A stretch of 55,986 nt of DNA from the IMG/VR virus record IMGVR_UViG_3300046713_000343; one strand, given 5' to 3'. The notes below the pieces were generated by a model. That model ran no database searches, was not told the DNA's origin, and saw nothing but the letters and a program-made list of their open reading frames with translations. The DNA comes from a virus. Position 1 is the stretch's first letter. Each line of letters begins with the position of its first letter. Of this stretch, positions 17,118 through 25,574 are shown one piece after another. A program made the translations under genes and the position numbers.

Positions 17118-18292
17118 CAGGACTGCGCGACGACGGGGATGAAGGTCCAGGTCCCTTCGACGACCAGCGCGAGCGTTCCAACCGACATCGTCGCGAACGC
17201 GGTGACGACGGTGCGCACGCCTTCCACGGCCTGCAACACCTCGACGACGTCCTCACGGGTGACGACGTTCTCAAGGCCCGGTCCATACGACCAGCCGCCG
17301 ATCGGCGTCTTGCGTAGGAACTCGAACATGGCGTCGTACGCGCGCGACTGGATGGTCGCGCCGCTCAAGTTCGGGTCGTGATAGAGCGTGGCCGTCAGGC
17401 TGAGGGGCGCGCGCGTCGGATGGCGGTTGGCGACGCGCGAGGTGTTGTTCGGCCAGGGGTCTGCCCAGGCCGCATCGGTCTGGAAAGCGCGCTCGGAGAA
17501 AGCCAGTTGAATGGCCTCCATCTCGGGAACGCTGAGCAGATCCGTCTCGGCGGCGCTGTAGACGTCGATGGTGCCAGGCCCGCGCGGGTTCTGGTCGCTG
17601 ACCTTGACCTTCTTGGCGCCGGCGTCGAGCGCGATGTTCTCGTAAGACTCGGCCACGAGCTCGACCGTGAGGCGCGCCCACTGGGTTTCGTTTCGCCGCC
17701 GGAGGAGCTCGTCGGATTCCTCATCGGCGCCCGTGACCGTGTACCAAGGCGTCCCGGCGTCGTTCGCCACCGTGACGCCGGCGAGCGGCGTGAGTAGCCT
17801 GTTCACCGCATTCAAGGGCACGTTGCCCTGAGCGCCCGCGATAAGCGCGTCCCAGAACAGCGTGAGCGTGCTCGGCGCGTTCACACTGCCAGCCGGCAGT
17901 GTGCCCTCGGTGAGGTTGCGGAACCTGACCCCCGAGTCCGTGCTCGCAATGAGCTGGCCGACCTGGATCGTGTAGGGGATCGACGCGGTCGACGTGAGCT
18001 TGATCGGGCCCCGCGTGCGGACCGCGGGCACCTTGTCGTTCTGGAAGCGGCTACGCGAGTGCTCGTTCAGCGCGTCGCCGCTCGCGTAGCTGTTCGAGCC
18101 GAACTCGGCGAGCGCCTTCACCACCTCGGTCATGTCGCTGTGCATGATCGTGAAGAGCGTGACCAGCGTCTTCTGGATCCGGCCCTCTTGCCATCCGGTC
18201 GTGTCGAAGCCGAGTGACGTGAGCAGTTCGAGCAGCCGATTCAGCGACTCCGTGCGCGTCAGGGGCTTGCGAAGCTTTTCTACCGTGAGCAT
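17117..18292 (-). CDS. Baseplate J-like protein
   Basis: ATG at 18292 (TAATG overlap). The sequence shows the GDALNEHSRSRFQNDKVPAVRTRGPIKLTSTA and IQVGQLIASTDSGVRFRNL patterns typical of Baseplate_J. The upstream part of the listed ORF is Arg-rich junk. Confidence 0.7.
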   Translation of the reverse strand: MLTVEKLRKPLTRTESLNRLLELLTSLGFDTTGWQEGRIQKTLVTLFTIMHSDMTEVVKALAEFGSNSYASGDALNEHSRSRFQNDKVPAVRTRGPIKLTSTASIPYTIQVGQLIASTDSGVRFRNLTEGTLPAGSVNAPSTLTLFWDALIAGAQGNVPLNAVNRLLTPLAGVTVANDAGTPWYTVTGADEESDELLRRRNETQWARLTVELVAESYENIALDAGAKKVKVSDQNPRGPGTIDVYSAAETDLLSVPEMEAIQLAFSERAFQTDAAWADPWPNNTSRVANRHPTRAPLSLTATLYHDPNLSGATIQSRAYDAMFEFLRKTPIGGWSYGPGLENVVTREDVVEVLQAVEGVRTVVTAFATMSVGTLALVVEGTWTFIPVVAQS

Positions 18293-18780
18293 TAGGCCGC
18301 CTGCTGGAAGATGGGCACGCCGTCGACGAAGGCCGCCGCGGTGAGCTCCTCGGCGGTCAGCGTGAGCTCGAAGGGGCCATCGCTGTCGATGACGTTGATC
18401 TGGAGGTTCAAGCTGCTGTCGATGCGCGCGGCCGCGCAGCTCGCGTCCTCGACCTCTTCCTCGAAGAGGACCTGCTCGAGGACGCTCTCCTCGATCACCT
18501 GCTCGGGCACTGTGGACCCGATCAGCGCCAACACGTCGTAGCCGTAGGTCGGCGTGCCAACGAGGCCGCCGAGTGGTGTCGTCAGGCGCCGGAGAATCGC
18601 CTGGGCCAAGGCGAGCCTGCCTGTGGCCGTCGTGAGCGCATAGTCGAGCGACGTGACCCCAGCCAGGTCGCTGCCGAGCGGAGTGAGGCGCGTGCCGGGC
18701 ACCACGAAGAGCGCCTGATTCCCGCTGGAGGGCGGAGCCGCGACGTCTGGCAGCAGGGTGTACTGGGCAATGACTGTCAC
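18292..18780 (-). CDS. Baseplate wedge protein, gp25/GPW-like
   Basis: LAQAILRRLTTPLGGLVGTPTYGYDVLALIG resembles the GPW_gp25 core; position upstream of J. Confidence 0.5.
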   Translation of the reverse strand: MTVIAQYTLLPDVAAPPSSGNQALFVVPGTRLTPLGSDLAGVTSLDYALTTATGRLALAQAILRRLTTPLGGLVGTPTYGYDVLALIGSTVPEQVIEESVLEQVLFEEEVEDASCAAARIDSSLNLQINVIDSDGPFELTLTAEELTAAAFVDGVPIFQQAA

Positions 18781-19205
18781 GAAGCCACCAAGCCATCAGA
18801 GGCGACCACGTAGACGCGCGGGGGCGAAGGCCAGCCACCGACGCGCAGAATGCGGAAGCGGTAGCCGCCGGTGATCGCTTGCACAGTCGATCCCGCGTAG
18901 AAGTCGGCGAAGCCGTCGCTGTCGAAGACGACGTCCTTCGGCCGCTTCGTGGAAGGCGGCACTGCTTCGAACCGCACCGAGACGACCAGCGCGGTGACCG
19001 CGCGATCGTCCGTCACATCGAACTGCAAGATCTGCTGCCGGCCGATCGCGCTCGGCGGTGGAACGAAGCTCGCGACCACGGGCGGCGCGTTCACGTCGGG
19101 CTGCGCGGTGTAGGGCGCGATCACTGCGCGGAAATCGAACGGGTCGATCGTCGCGCTCATGCGCTGACCGTTGTAGACAAGGAAGTTCGCGAGCGTGTCT
19201 GCCAT
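18777..19205 (-). CDS. Hypothetical baseplate-module protein (142 aa)
   Basis: Listed ORF, overlapping stop/start with neighbours. Confidence 0.6.
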   Translation of the reverse strand: MADTLANFLVYNGQRMSATIDPFDFRAVIAPYTAQPDVNAPPVVASFVPPPSAIGRQQILQFDVTDDRAVTALVVSVRFEAVPPSTKRPKDVVFDSDGFADFYAGSTVQAITGGYRFRILRVGGWPSPPRVYVVASDGLVAS

Positions 19206-19209
19206 GGCT

Positions 19210-20115
19210 TCAGCTCACGCTCGGCACAGTGTTGTCCGGATATGGATAGACGTAGTTGCCGAGGTAGACGTACGCATCTGTCGCCGTGTTGGCTGTCGCC
19301 GGATAGTTGCGAGGCGGGCCCTTGGCGGCCACGAACGCCCCCATTCCCTTTATTCGCACCGATCCGCTGACCGTCCCGTTGTACCAAGGCCGTCCGTTGA
19401 CGTCGCCACCGTCACCTATGTCGACGCCTAGGGATCCGTTGAAAGGGCCAGGGACGGCGACCGTAGTGTTTAGCGCCCAGATCTGCCCCGCAGTGCCGTA
19501 GCCGTACCAGGCTGAGCCTGTACCATACCCAATGAAACCGCAGGCAATGACCACCGGGTCGCCATCGGTAGCTGAGTAGGATCCGGGCGCCATCGGCTCG
19601 ACAACGAACATGCCGCTCGTCTGCGTTGTGGATGAAACGATCGTCTGAGCGACGCCGATATAATAGGCACCGCTCACCGGCGTGCTTTGGACGACGATGT
19701 GATAGCGACGGGCAGCTCCGGCATCGAACCACGTAGCCCCAACTGGCGCAGCGTCAGTGCCGCTACCCAGCAGAACCTGCTCGTCTGTCGCGGTCGGCGT
19801 CGTCGTCGCGTTCGGAGCGCCGCCTATGAACTTGGCATTGGCGCTGTACTTGACGCGATACTGATTCGCGCTGGTGCGCTGAATACAATACTCGCGCCGG
19901 CCTCCTGGTTCGCGCAGCACCCACCAAGCACGCAGGTTCAGCCAGCCGCCCGCTCCCGCCGCTTTGACCGTGATCTGATCGCCGGTGGCGTTGTAGACCA
20001 GCGAGTCGCCTGACTTCGAGACGGTGAAGCCCGCCAACTTGGCCACAGCCTTGAGCGCAAAGGTTATGTCATCCGGCGCCCCGATGTTGTTGACGTCTGC
20101 AGACTTGGCCATCAA
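19210..20115 (-). CDS. Hypothetical baseplate-module protein (301 aa)
   Basis: Listed ORF, beta-rich Gly/Thr/Ala sequence. Confidence 0.65.
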   Translation of the reverse strand: MMAKSADVNNIGAPDDITFALKAVAKLAGFTVSKSGDSLVYNATGDQITVKAAGAGGWLNLRAWWVLREPGGRREYCIQRTSANQYRVKYSANAKFIGGAPNATTTPTATDEQVLLGSGTDAAPVGATWFDAGAARRYHIVVQSTPVSGAYYIGVAQTIVSSTTQTSGMFVVEPMAPGSYSATDGDPVVIACGFIGYGTGSAWYGYGTAGQIWALNTTVAVPGPFNGSLGVDIGDGGDVNGRPWYNGTVSGSVRIKGMGAFVAAKGPPRNYPATANTATDAYVYLGNYVYPYPDNTVPSVS

Positions 20116-20624
20116 CCCCTCATGACAGCCTGCATCGCGGCTATCGCGCTTGCGTCGTTGGCGAGCAAGATGCCGCCCGCGATGTGCTCCGCCGGTCCGC
20201 CGCCTGGTAGGCCTGCAGAGAGAAACGCGCCGAGCTCGCTACCGACTTGGTCCGCGCGCCCGGCGTAGAGGTAGTAATGAATTCCCGGCGTCGCGAGCAG
20301 CGCGCCGAAGCTCACCGAGAACGCAAGCCCCGCGCTCAGCTCGGCGAGCTGCACCTGAAGATCCGCGAGCGCTGAGGCCGTTGCGCCTGCATCGGGCAGA
20401 GGCACGGTCAGCATCGCCTGAAGGCCTGCGAGCGTCGCCTCCGCGCCCGCGATCAGGCTCAGCAGGTTCGGCGGCGGCTGCAGGCTCAGCGCAAGCAACC
20501 CGTCGACGCGCGCTTGCACGTCAGGTATCGCCGTACTCGCCGTGTCACCTAGCGCGACCTGGGCATCGAGGGCCATGGGGATGGCCTGCGCCAGTGTGAG
20601 CGAGCCTTCGTAGCTTACGGTCAT
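20112..20624 (-). CDS. Hypothetical baseplate-module protein (170 aa)
   Basis: ATG at 20624 inside listed ORF 20112..20819; Ala/Leu-rich. Confidence 0.55.
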   Translation of the reverse strand: MTVSYEGSLTLAQAIPMALDAQVALGDTASTAIPDVQARVDGLLALSLQPPPNLLSLIAGAEATLAGLQAMLTVPLPDAGATASALADLQVQLAELSAGLAFSVSFGALLATPGIHYYLYAGRADQVGSELGAFLSAGLPGGGPAEHIAGGILLANDASAIAAMQAVMRG

Positions 20625-20708
20625 GCTGTGTATCGCCTCGCACCATCGGGACCGATTGCACTCGGAGCAGGACCATTTGGACCGATAGAATTGTTGAAGA
20701 ACACCGCA

Positions 20709-21449
20709 ATGAAAAAGACACTTTTCACCGCCGCAATCCTCGCCCTGATCACCACCGTCGGCTGCGAGTCCCCCTCCCCTGAAGACGTCGCTGACGAGGG
20801 CGCCGCCGATGGCGGACACGTCGACGAACTCGTCGACGCTGGCGCGTCGAACGGCGACGCGAGCTCGACCGGCGACGCGAGCTCGACCGGCGACGCGGCG
20901 TCAGAGGCCGACAGCGCTGTCGTGATCGGCGACTCCGGCGCGCTCTCGGACGCCGGCGCGGTCGATGGCGGGGTCGCGAACCAAGACAGCGGCGCGGCCG
21001 ACAGCGGGGGCGCGCAGAGCGATGCGGGCTCGCAGGCTCAGGGCACGGTGGTGTGGACGAAGCGCACGACGACGACCACGAACCTCGGCGCGGTCGGCAC
21101 CCAGGCCTACCACCGCGCGCGCGTCACGTTCTCGGTCAACGGCTGCCACCTCACCGTCGACTCGCGCTTCTACGCTTCAGGAACGGTCGGGACATACACG
21201 CTGCCGCTGACCGCGCCGCAGCAGGCATGCCTGCGCGAGACCTACGACTGCAGCACGAAGCTCAAGGTGATCTGGAGCTCGTGCGACGCGCCCACCTGCT
21301 CGACCTTCGAGGCTGGCCCGGTCTGGGAAGTGGATCGCCCCGCCTGCACCGTGAGCTTGCCCGCCGGCAAGCAGCTATCGCTGCGGCACACCGTCGCGGC
21401 ACTCGGCGCGAGCGGCATCGACGAGACCTGGGAGGTCGTGACGCCATGA
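20709..21449 (+). CDS. Lipoprotein with Asp/Ser/Gly-rich repeat region (moron, opposite strand to tail genes)
   Basis: MKKTLFTAAILALITTVGC signal peptide plus lipobox; GDASSTGDASSTGDA repeat; C-terminal Cys-containing domain. Confidence 0.75.
   Translation: MKKTLFTAAILALITTVGCESPSPEDVADEGAADGGHVDELVDAGASNGDASSTGDASSTGDAASEADSAVVIGDSGALSDAGAVDGGVANQDSGAADSGGAQSDAGSQAQGTVVWTKRTTTTTNLGAVGTQAYHRARVTFSVNGCHLTVDSRFYASGTVGTYTLPLTAPQQACLRETYDCSTKLKVIWSSCDAPTCSTFEAGPVWEVDRPACTVSLPAGKQLSLRHTVAALGASGIDETWEVVTP
20853..20897 (+). repeat. 18-bp tandem repeat, 2.5 copies (ggcgacgcgagctcgacc)
   Basis: Read directly; in frame, encodes GDASST repeats in the lipoprotein. Confidence 0.85.
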
Positions 21450-21985
21450 AGTCCAGCGCAGGAATATCTCTTGGAATATTTTTCGGCCTCCTTGGCCTTG
21501 TCTCTTCCGCGCGCGCCACGCCTCCGAAGTGGCAGAACGAGGCGAACGCAGAGACCTGCGCCTCAAGCTGGGAAGAGCGCCTCGCGGATTTTCGCTCCGC
21601 TGTCCCTACGTGGCAGCGCTACAACACGGACTACGAGCGCGTCATGCCGTGGTTTGACGAGCATTGCCGCTGGCTCAGTGATCTCGAAATCGCGATCCGC
21701 AAGATCGACGACTCCGCGGCGTTTGTCTGCGACACGAATAAGGGCCGCCCGAAGGGACTCACGAGCGACTTCGCACTCGACCATCAGTCGCCGCTCGATC
21801 TGCCCATCTTCATTGAGCACGACGAGGCCAATCGCTACTGTCACGCCTACGACGCTGCTGAGCGCGTCTCCCTCGCGGTCAGTCAGGCGGACGAGGCCCA
21901 CGTGCAGGCGCGAACGGTCCTGACTGGGATGTGCTGGCAGGTCTCGAGCGCAAAGTGCGACAAGGCCCGCGCCTTTCTTCAATAG
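21446..21985 (+). CDS. Secreted Cys-containing protein (179 aa), coupled to the lipoprotein gene
   Basis: MKSSAGISLGIFFGLLGLVSSARA signal peptide; ATGA overlap with upstream gene. Confidence 0.7.
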   Translation: MKSSAGISLGIFFGLLGLVSSARATPPKWQNEANAETCASSWEERLADFRSAVPTWQRYNTDYERVMPWFDEHCRWLSDLEIAIRKIDDSAAFVCDTNKGRPKGLTSDFALDHQSPLDLPIFIEHDEANRYCHAYDAAERVSLAVSQADEAHVQARTVLTGMCWQVSSAKCDKARAFLQ

Positions 21986-22476
21986 GGGTCCCCACGAGCG
22001 CGTGGGAAAACCTGGTCCGTCAAGCGCACGGCAAAACGACTGCGCGGCCCCGCGATGCACCGCCCGCTGCGGTACCAGCCGATGCCCTCGACCTCGCCTC
22101 CGCAATCCCTGATCCCGCGTGCTAGCGCGCGCGCTGACCACACCACGCTCATCTGCTCGCAGGTGGATGGCGACAGTGCACATCCCTCGCCCAGCTCGCG
22201 GGCCCAGCGACTATGCGGATGCAGCGCGCCGAGCCCGAAGGCGCCCACGCGCGCGTTGACGGCTTCTGCGCGGAAGCCGCTCTCCAGGTAGAGCAGCACC
22301 GTCAGCAGCCCTGCGTCGACCCCGGTGTCGCGCGCGCCGGCGTGTACATACCGAGCGAGCTGTTCCGCGCGTTGCTCGGGCCCGAGCGCGTGCAGACGCA
22401 GTGCCTTGCTGTAGACGGGCCCCAAGGCCCCGACCCAGATTGTGGAGAGAAGCAGGATCGCGCGAGCGACGTTCAT
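21979..22476 (-). CDS. Lytic transglycosylase (SLT domain) with N-terminal signal/SAR-like hydrophobic segment
   Basis: LLYLESGFRAEAVNARVGAFGLGA contains the catalytic E-S motif context; N-terminus MNVARAILLLSTIWVGALGPV. Confidence 0.75.
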   Translation of the reverse strand: MNVARAILLLSTIWVGALGPVYSKALRLHALGPEQRAEQLARYVHAGARDTGVDAGLLTVLLYLESGFRAEAVNARVGAFGLGALHPHSRWARELGEGCALSPSTCEQMSVVWSARALARGIRDCGGEVEGIGWYRSGRCIAGPRSRFAVRLTDQVFPRARGDPY

Positions 22477-22504
22477 GGTCTCTCCATGGCGGCGCTCGCC
22501 GCCG

Positions 22505-23041
22505 CTACGCCTTCACGCGCGGCGCGCCTCCAAAGATCCGGCCCTGCACCGGCGCGGTGATCATCGCGAATCCCGTGAACTGCGACGCCGGCGGTACGGG
22601 AACCGTGATGGTGGGTGGCGGCGGCGCCGGGTTCGGCGTCGTGACCGTCCCGCTCATGACGCCGCTGATCGGCGTCGATGCCGAGAGCAAGAGCTCCACG
22701 AGGTCGCCATTGCGCGCGATGCTGGCGTAGCCGCCGTCGAGCGAGATCACAGCGCTCGCCTGCTTGTAGGCCCAGGCGACGATGCGAGGCTTTCGCGGGT
22801 CGCCGTCGGCGAAGCGCAAAAGCCCGCGCGTACCGGGCTCGACGCGCGCGCTCGTGCCCGCCGGGCTCGTCATCACGGGCACGTGCTGCAGGCCGAGGCC
22901 TCGAATCTCGACAGCATCGGGCAGCACGTCGACGGATCCGTCCGCGTGCTGCACCTGCACCTCGACGCCATAGGCGCGGAGGTCGATGTTTCCGCGCATC
23001 GCGCTCAGGACGATGCGCCGCAGCGACTCGACGATGTCCAC
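22505..23041 (-). CDS. Baseplate spike/assembly protein V-like, paralogue 2
   Basis: GTG at 23041 lies 1 nt after the upstream TGA. It aligns by eye with 23234..23713 (DGSVDVLPD.., RGLGL, GDPRKP, SLDGG.ASIARNGD, C-terminal ..RVKA). Confidence 0.6.
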   Translation of the reverse strand: MDIVESLRRIVLSAMRGNIDLRAYGVEVQVQHADGSVDVLPDAVEIRGLGLQHVPVMTSPAGTSARVEPGTRGLLRFADGDPRKPRIVAWAYKQASAVISLDGGYASIARNGDLVELLLSASTPISGVMSGTVTTPNPAPPPPTITVPVPPASQFTGFAMITAPVQGRIFGGAPRVKA

Positions 23042-23042
23042 C

Positions 23043-23222
23043 TCAGCGGAAGGCGAGCGGCACGCGTAGGAGCCAGAAGGCCGCCAGCAGAAGAGCGACG
23101 GTGAGCACAATAGCTAAGGGCGTCCCCATCTGAGCGGGCGTCGTCGAACGAACGATTGTGATCACCATGTAGATGACCGCCACGATGAGGAACAGCGCCA
23201 AGAGTCCTTCGAGCACCGACAT
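23043..23222 (-). CDS. Small membrane protein with two TM helices (59 aa), holin-like topology
   Basis: ATG preceded by AAGGAG; LLALFLIVAVIYMVITIV and PLAIVLTVALLLAAFWLL hydrophobic helices. Confidence 0.65.
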   Translation of the reverse strand: MSVLEGLLALFLIVAVIYMVITIVRSTTPAQMGTPLAIVLTVALLLAAFWLLRVPLAFR

Positions 23223-23233
23223 GCTCCGCTCCT

Positions 23234-23713
23234 TTACGCGCGCACACGCTGCGCGCCGGATTGAATCGTCCCCGAGCTCTGAGTCGCGATCGTAAGTGTG
23301 CCCGCGATGGTGCCGCTCACGGCGCCCGCCAGCGTGCCCGTGAACGCGAGCGACGAGGGCCAACTGCAAACAACGATGTCGCCCAGGCGCGCGACGCTCG
23401 CATCGCCGCCGTCGAAGCTGATCTCCTCGATGCTGCCCGGCTGCCACAGCGAGGCGTAGGGCCTGCGCGGGTCGCCCTCGACGAAGCCGAGCAGGACGCG
23501 CGAGCCGGTCACCACGCGCACGGTGACACCTGGAAGGCCGTGCCGGATGGACACCCGCGAGAGGCCCGTACCGCGCACGCGCAGGTCATCGGGCAAAAGG
23601 TCGAGCGTTCCGTCTCCGTGGTCGCGCTCGACTGTGCACTCGAACTCGTGCAGGTAGAGCGTCTGGCGGGTGACGTAGCGGACGATGCGCTCGAGCGCTT
23701 CGCGCGGGTCCAT
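23234..23713 (-). CDS. Baseplate spike/assembly protein V-like, paralogue 1
   Basis: DGTLDLLPDDLRVRGTGLSRV..GFVEGDPRRPY..SFDGGDASVARLGD pattern as in Mu gp45/P2 gpV N-terminal domain. Confidence 0.6.
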   Translation of the reverse strand: MDPREALERIVRYVTRQTLYLHEFECTVERDHGDGTLDLLPDDLRVRGTGLSRVSIRHGLPGVTVRVVTGSRVLLGFVEGDPRRPYASLWQPGSIEEISFDGGDASVARLGDIVVCSWPSSLAFTGTLAGAVSGTIAGTLTIATQSSGTIQSGAQRVRA

Positions 23714-23714
23714 C

Positions 23715-23975
23715 TCATCTCCGCGGTGGCGGTGGAGGCGGCCAGGTTCGTTGCTTCACCCTACCGGCCCAATATTCGCGCGCGTAGGCCTCACTATCGA
23801 CGAGGACGCCGTCGCGGTACTCCTTGCCGGGAGGTGGGGCCGGCGGCCAAAAGAAAAGCATTCCGCAAACGTCATGCGGCTCCCAACCCGCTGCTGCGCG
23901 GCACGCCTGATCGAGCACGTAGCTCGCTTGACCCCCCGTGAGCTGCCACCACCAGATCGAAATACGGCGGATCAT
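23715..23975 (-). CDS. Hypothetical Trp/Pro-rich protein (86 aa)
   Basis: ATG at 23975 overlapping upstream stop (ATGA). Confidence 0.5.
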   Translation of the reverse strand: MIRRISIWWWQLTGGQASYVLDQACRAAAGWEPHDVCGMLFFWPPAPPPGKEYRDGVLVDSEAYAREYWAGRVKQRTWPPPPPPRR

Positions 23976-24331
23976 ATGTCCTCGTCCAGCATCCGAAGCG
24001 CGTGCCGCACGGCGGCTGTGATCCGGTAGCAGGTCATCGCAAGCCCGCCCGGACCGCCGGTCTCGCCGGTGGTGCTGGTCGCGCTCGCGCTTACCGCCCG
24101 CCACGAGGCATCGAGCAGCGCGCGGTGTGCCTTCGCGCGGTCAGTCTGCGCGCGGACGACGATGGTGGGAGGGTCGAAGCTCGTGATCCCCGCGGCGCGC
24201 TCCTCGGGCGTCGTGGAGCGTTGGGGCGCGAGGCCGTCCAGTTCGATGATGCACACGAACCCGAGCTCGTCGGTACGCGTGAGCGTCACCTTGGGTGCGT
24301 CGACTGCGTCGTAGACGACGGTGGTGCTCAC
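23972..24331 (-). CDS. Hypothetical tail-module protein (119 aa)
   Basis: Listed ORF, coupled to neighbours. Confidence 0.6.
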   Translation of the reverse strand: MSTTVVYDAVDAPKVTLTRTDELGFVCIIELDGLAPQRSTTPEERAAGITSFDPPTIVVRAQTDRAKAHRALLDASWRAVSASATSTTGETGGPGGLAMTCYRITAAVRHALRMLDEDI

Positions 24332-24984
24332 GCCGCGGTCTCCAGCCAGAAGGTGGTGCGGATCGGCTCCTCGTCCATGACGTGCTCGACCCGCCCTACC
24401 CGCTCACCGCGTAGCGTCACGCCAGGCATGAGGCCAATCGTCTCGGGCGCGAGCAGTACGCTTCCGGCCGCGCTGTCGCGGTCGAGCTCAAGAGCGTCGT
24501 AATCCGGCGGCATCTCGGGCCAGGTCTCGGCGCCGAGCCAGACGGCGCCCGATGGCCGCACGCGCCAACGTGCTCCGACCGCGTCACTCAGTGAGGACAG
24601 GCCGAGGCTCGCCCGCTCCCTGGCTCGCGTCCAGAACGGCAGGGCCGTGCTTAGGATCTCGCGCGTGGAGGCGCCATCGAGTTTCTCGCCTGCAGCGGTG
24701 AGGAGGTCGAGCAAGATGTCGCGCGCGCTCGCGCCCTGGTATGAGCGCGCCTCGATCACCTTGCCGAGGCCCCCGGTCCCGCCGACCGCGTCCACCAGTG
24801 CCGTCCCACTCACCGACGTGCCGCGCAGCACGAAGCCGCTGTATTTCACCGCGTCGTTCTCGAGCGTGAGCGCGCCCGAAAGGTCATCATCCGCGCTGAC
24901 CTGAAGCGTGGCGACCCAGATCCCCTGCAGGGGCAGGGTCAAGCGCATGGCCTGCACGTCGTAGCCGTTGGCGGTGATCGACAT
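24328..24984 (-). CDS. Hypothetical tail/baseplate hub-region protein (218 aa)
   Basis: Listed ORF between tape measure and spike genes. Confidence 0.65.
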   Translation of the reverse strand: MSITANGYDVQAMRLTLPLQGIWVATLQVSADDDLSGALTLENDAVKYSGFVLRGTSVSGTALVDAVGGTGGLGKVIEARSYQGASARDILLDLLTAAGEKLDGASTREILSTALPFWTRARERASLGLSSLSDAVGARWRVRPSGAVWLGAETWPEMPPDYDALELDRDSAAGSVLLAPETIGLMPGVTLRGERVGRVEHVMDEEPIRTTFWLETAA

Positions 24985-25574
24985 CAGAACCCGCTGCCCG
25001 GGATGTCGCCCTCGCTGATGTTGACGCCGGGGATGACCGCAGAGCTGAAGTTCTCTTGCGGCGCACGCGATTGCGACGGCCGGAGCGGGTCGATCAGCGG
25101 TTCAACGTCCCACTCGCTGGGATCGCCGTTCTCGGGCTTCGCCGCAGGCTTCTTGATTTTGGTGGGGTTCTCGACGTGCTCGATGGCATTGATGCTCACG
25201 GTGTAGGAGCCGCCTGGCCCAGGCTGGGGAGAACCGATCTCGCCGATCTTGACCGTACTGACGCCCCAGAGCCTCGCGTTCGGATGGATGATCTTGAGTG
25301 TCGGCCGCGCGATGGACGCTCCACGCGGCCGCAGTGTGTTGATGACGCGCTCGAGCGCGGCCATCTCCTCCCCGGGCAGGAGCTCAAGCGTGATCGAGAC
25401 TTCCGCCGGCGGAAGTCCCACATCCTTGACCCGCGCCTTCTTCTTGCCGCGTGCCTTCTGCACGTCGAGGCCGCTCGGGAGCTTGATCACGACATGAGCG
25501 ACGCCGGGCATGCGCTTTCCACCCAGGAAGAGGATCTCCCAGTCCTCTGTCTCGATCCAACTGGATACGGGCAC
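24984..25574 (-). CDS. Hypothetical tail protein (196 aa)
   Basis: Listed ORF immediately downstream of the tape measure, 1-nt overlaps. Confidence 0.65.
   Translation of the reverse strand: MPVSSWIETEDWEILFLGGKRMPGVAHVVIKLPSGLDVQKARGKKKARVKDVGLPPAEVSITLELLPGEEMAALERVINTLRPRGASIARPTLKIIHPNARLWGVSTVKIGEIGSPQPGPGGSYTVSINAIEHVENPTKIKKPAAKPENGDPSEWDVEPLIDPLRPSQSRAPQENFSSAVIPGVNISEGDIPGSGF

Noticed and set aside
20628-20708. Upstream extension of the lipoprotein ORF (track start 20628)
   Set aside because: The ATG at 20709 gives a textbook signal peptide and lipobox. The extension would bury the signal peptide and overlaps the divergent gene start.
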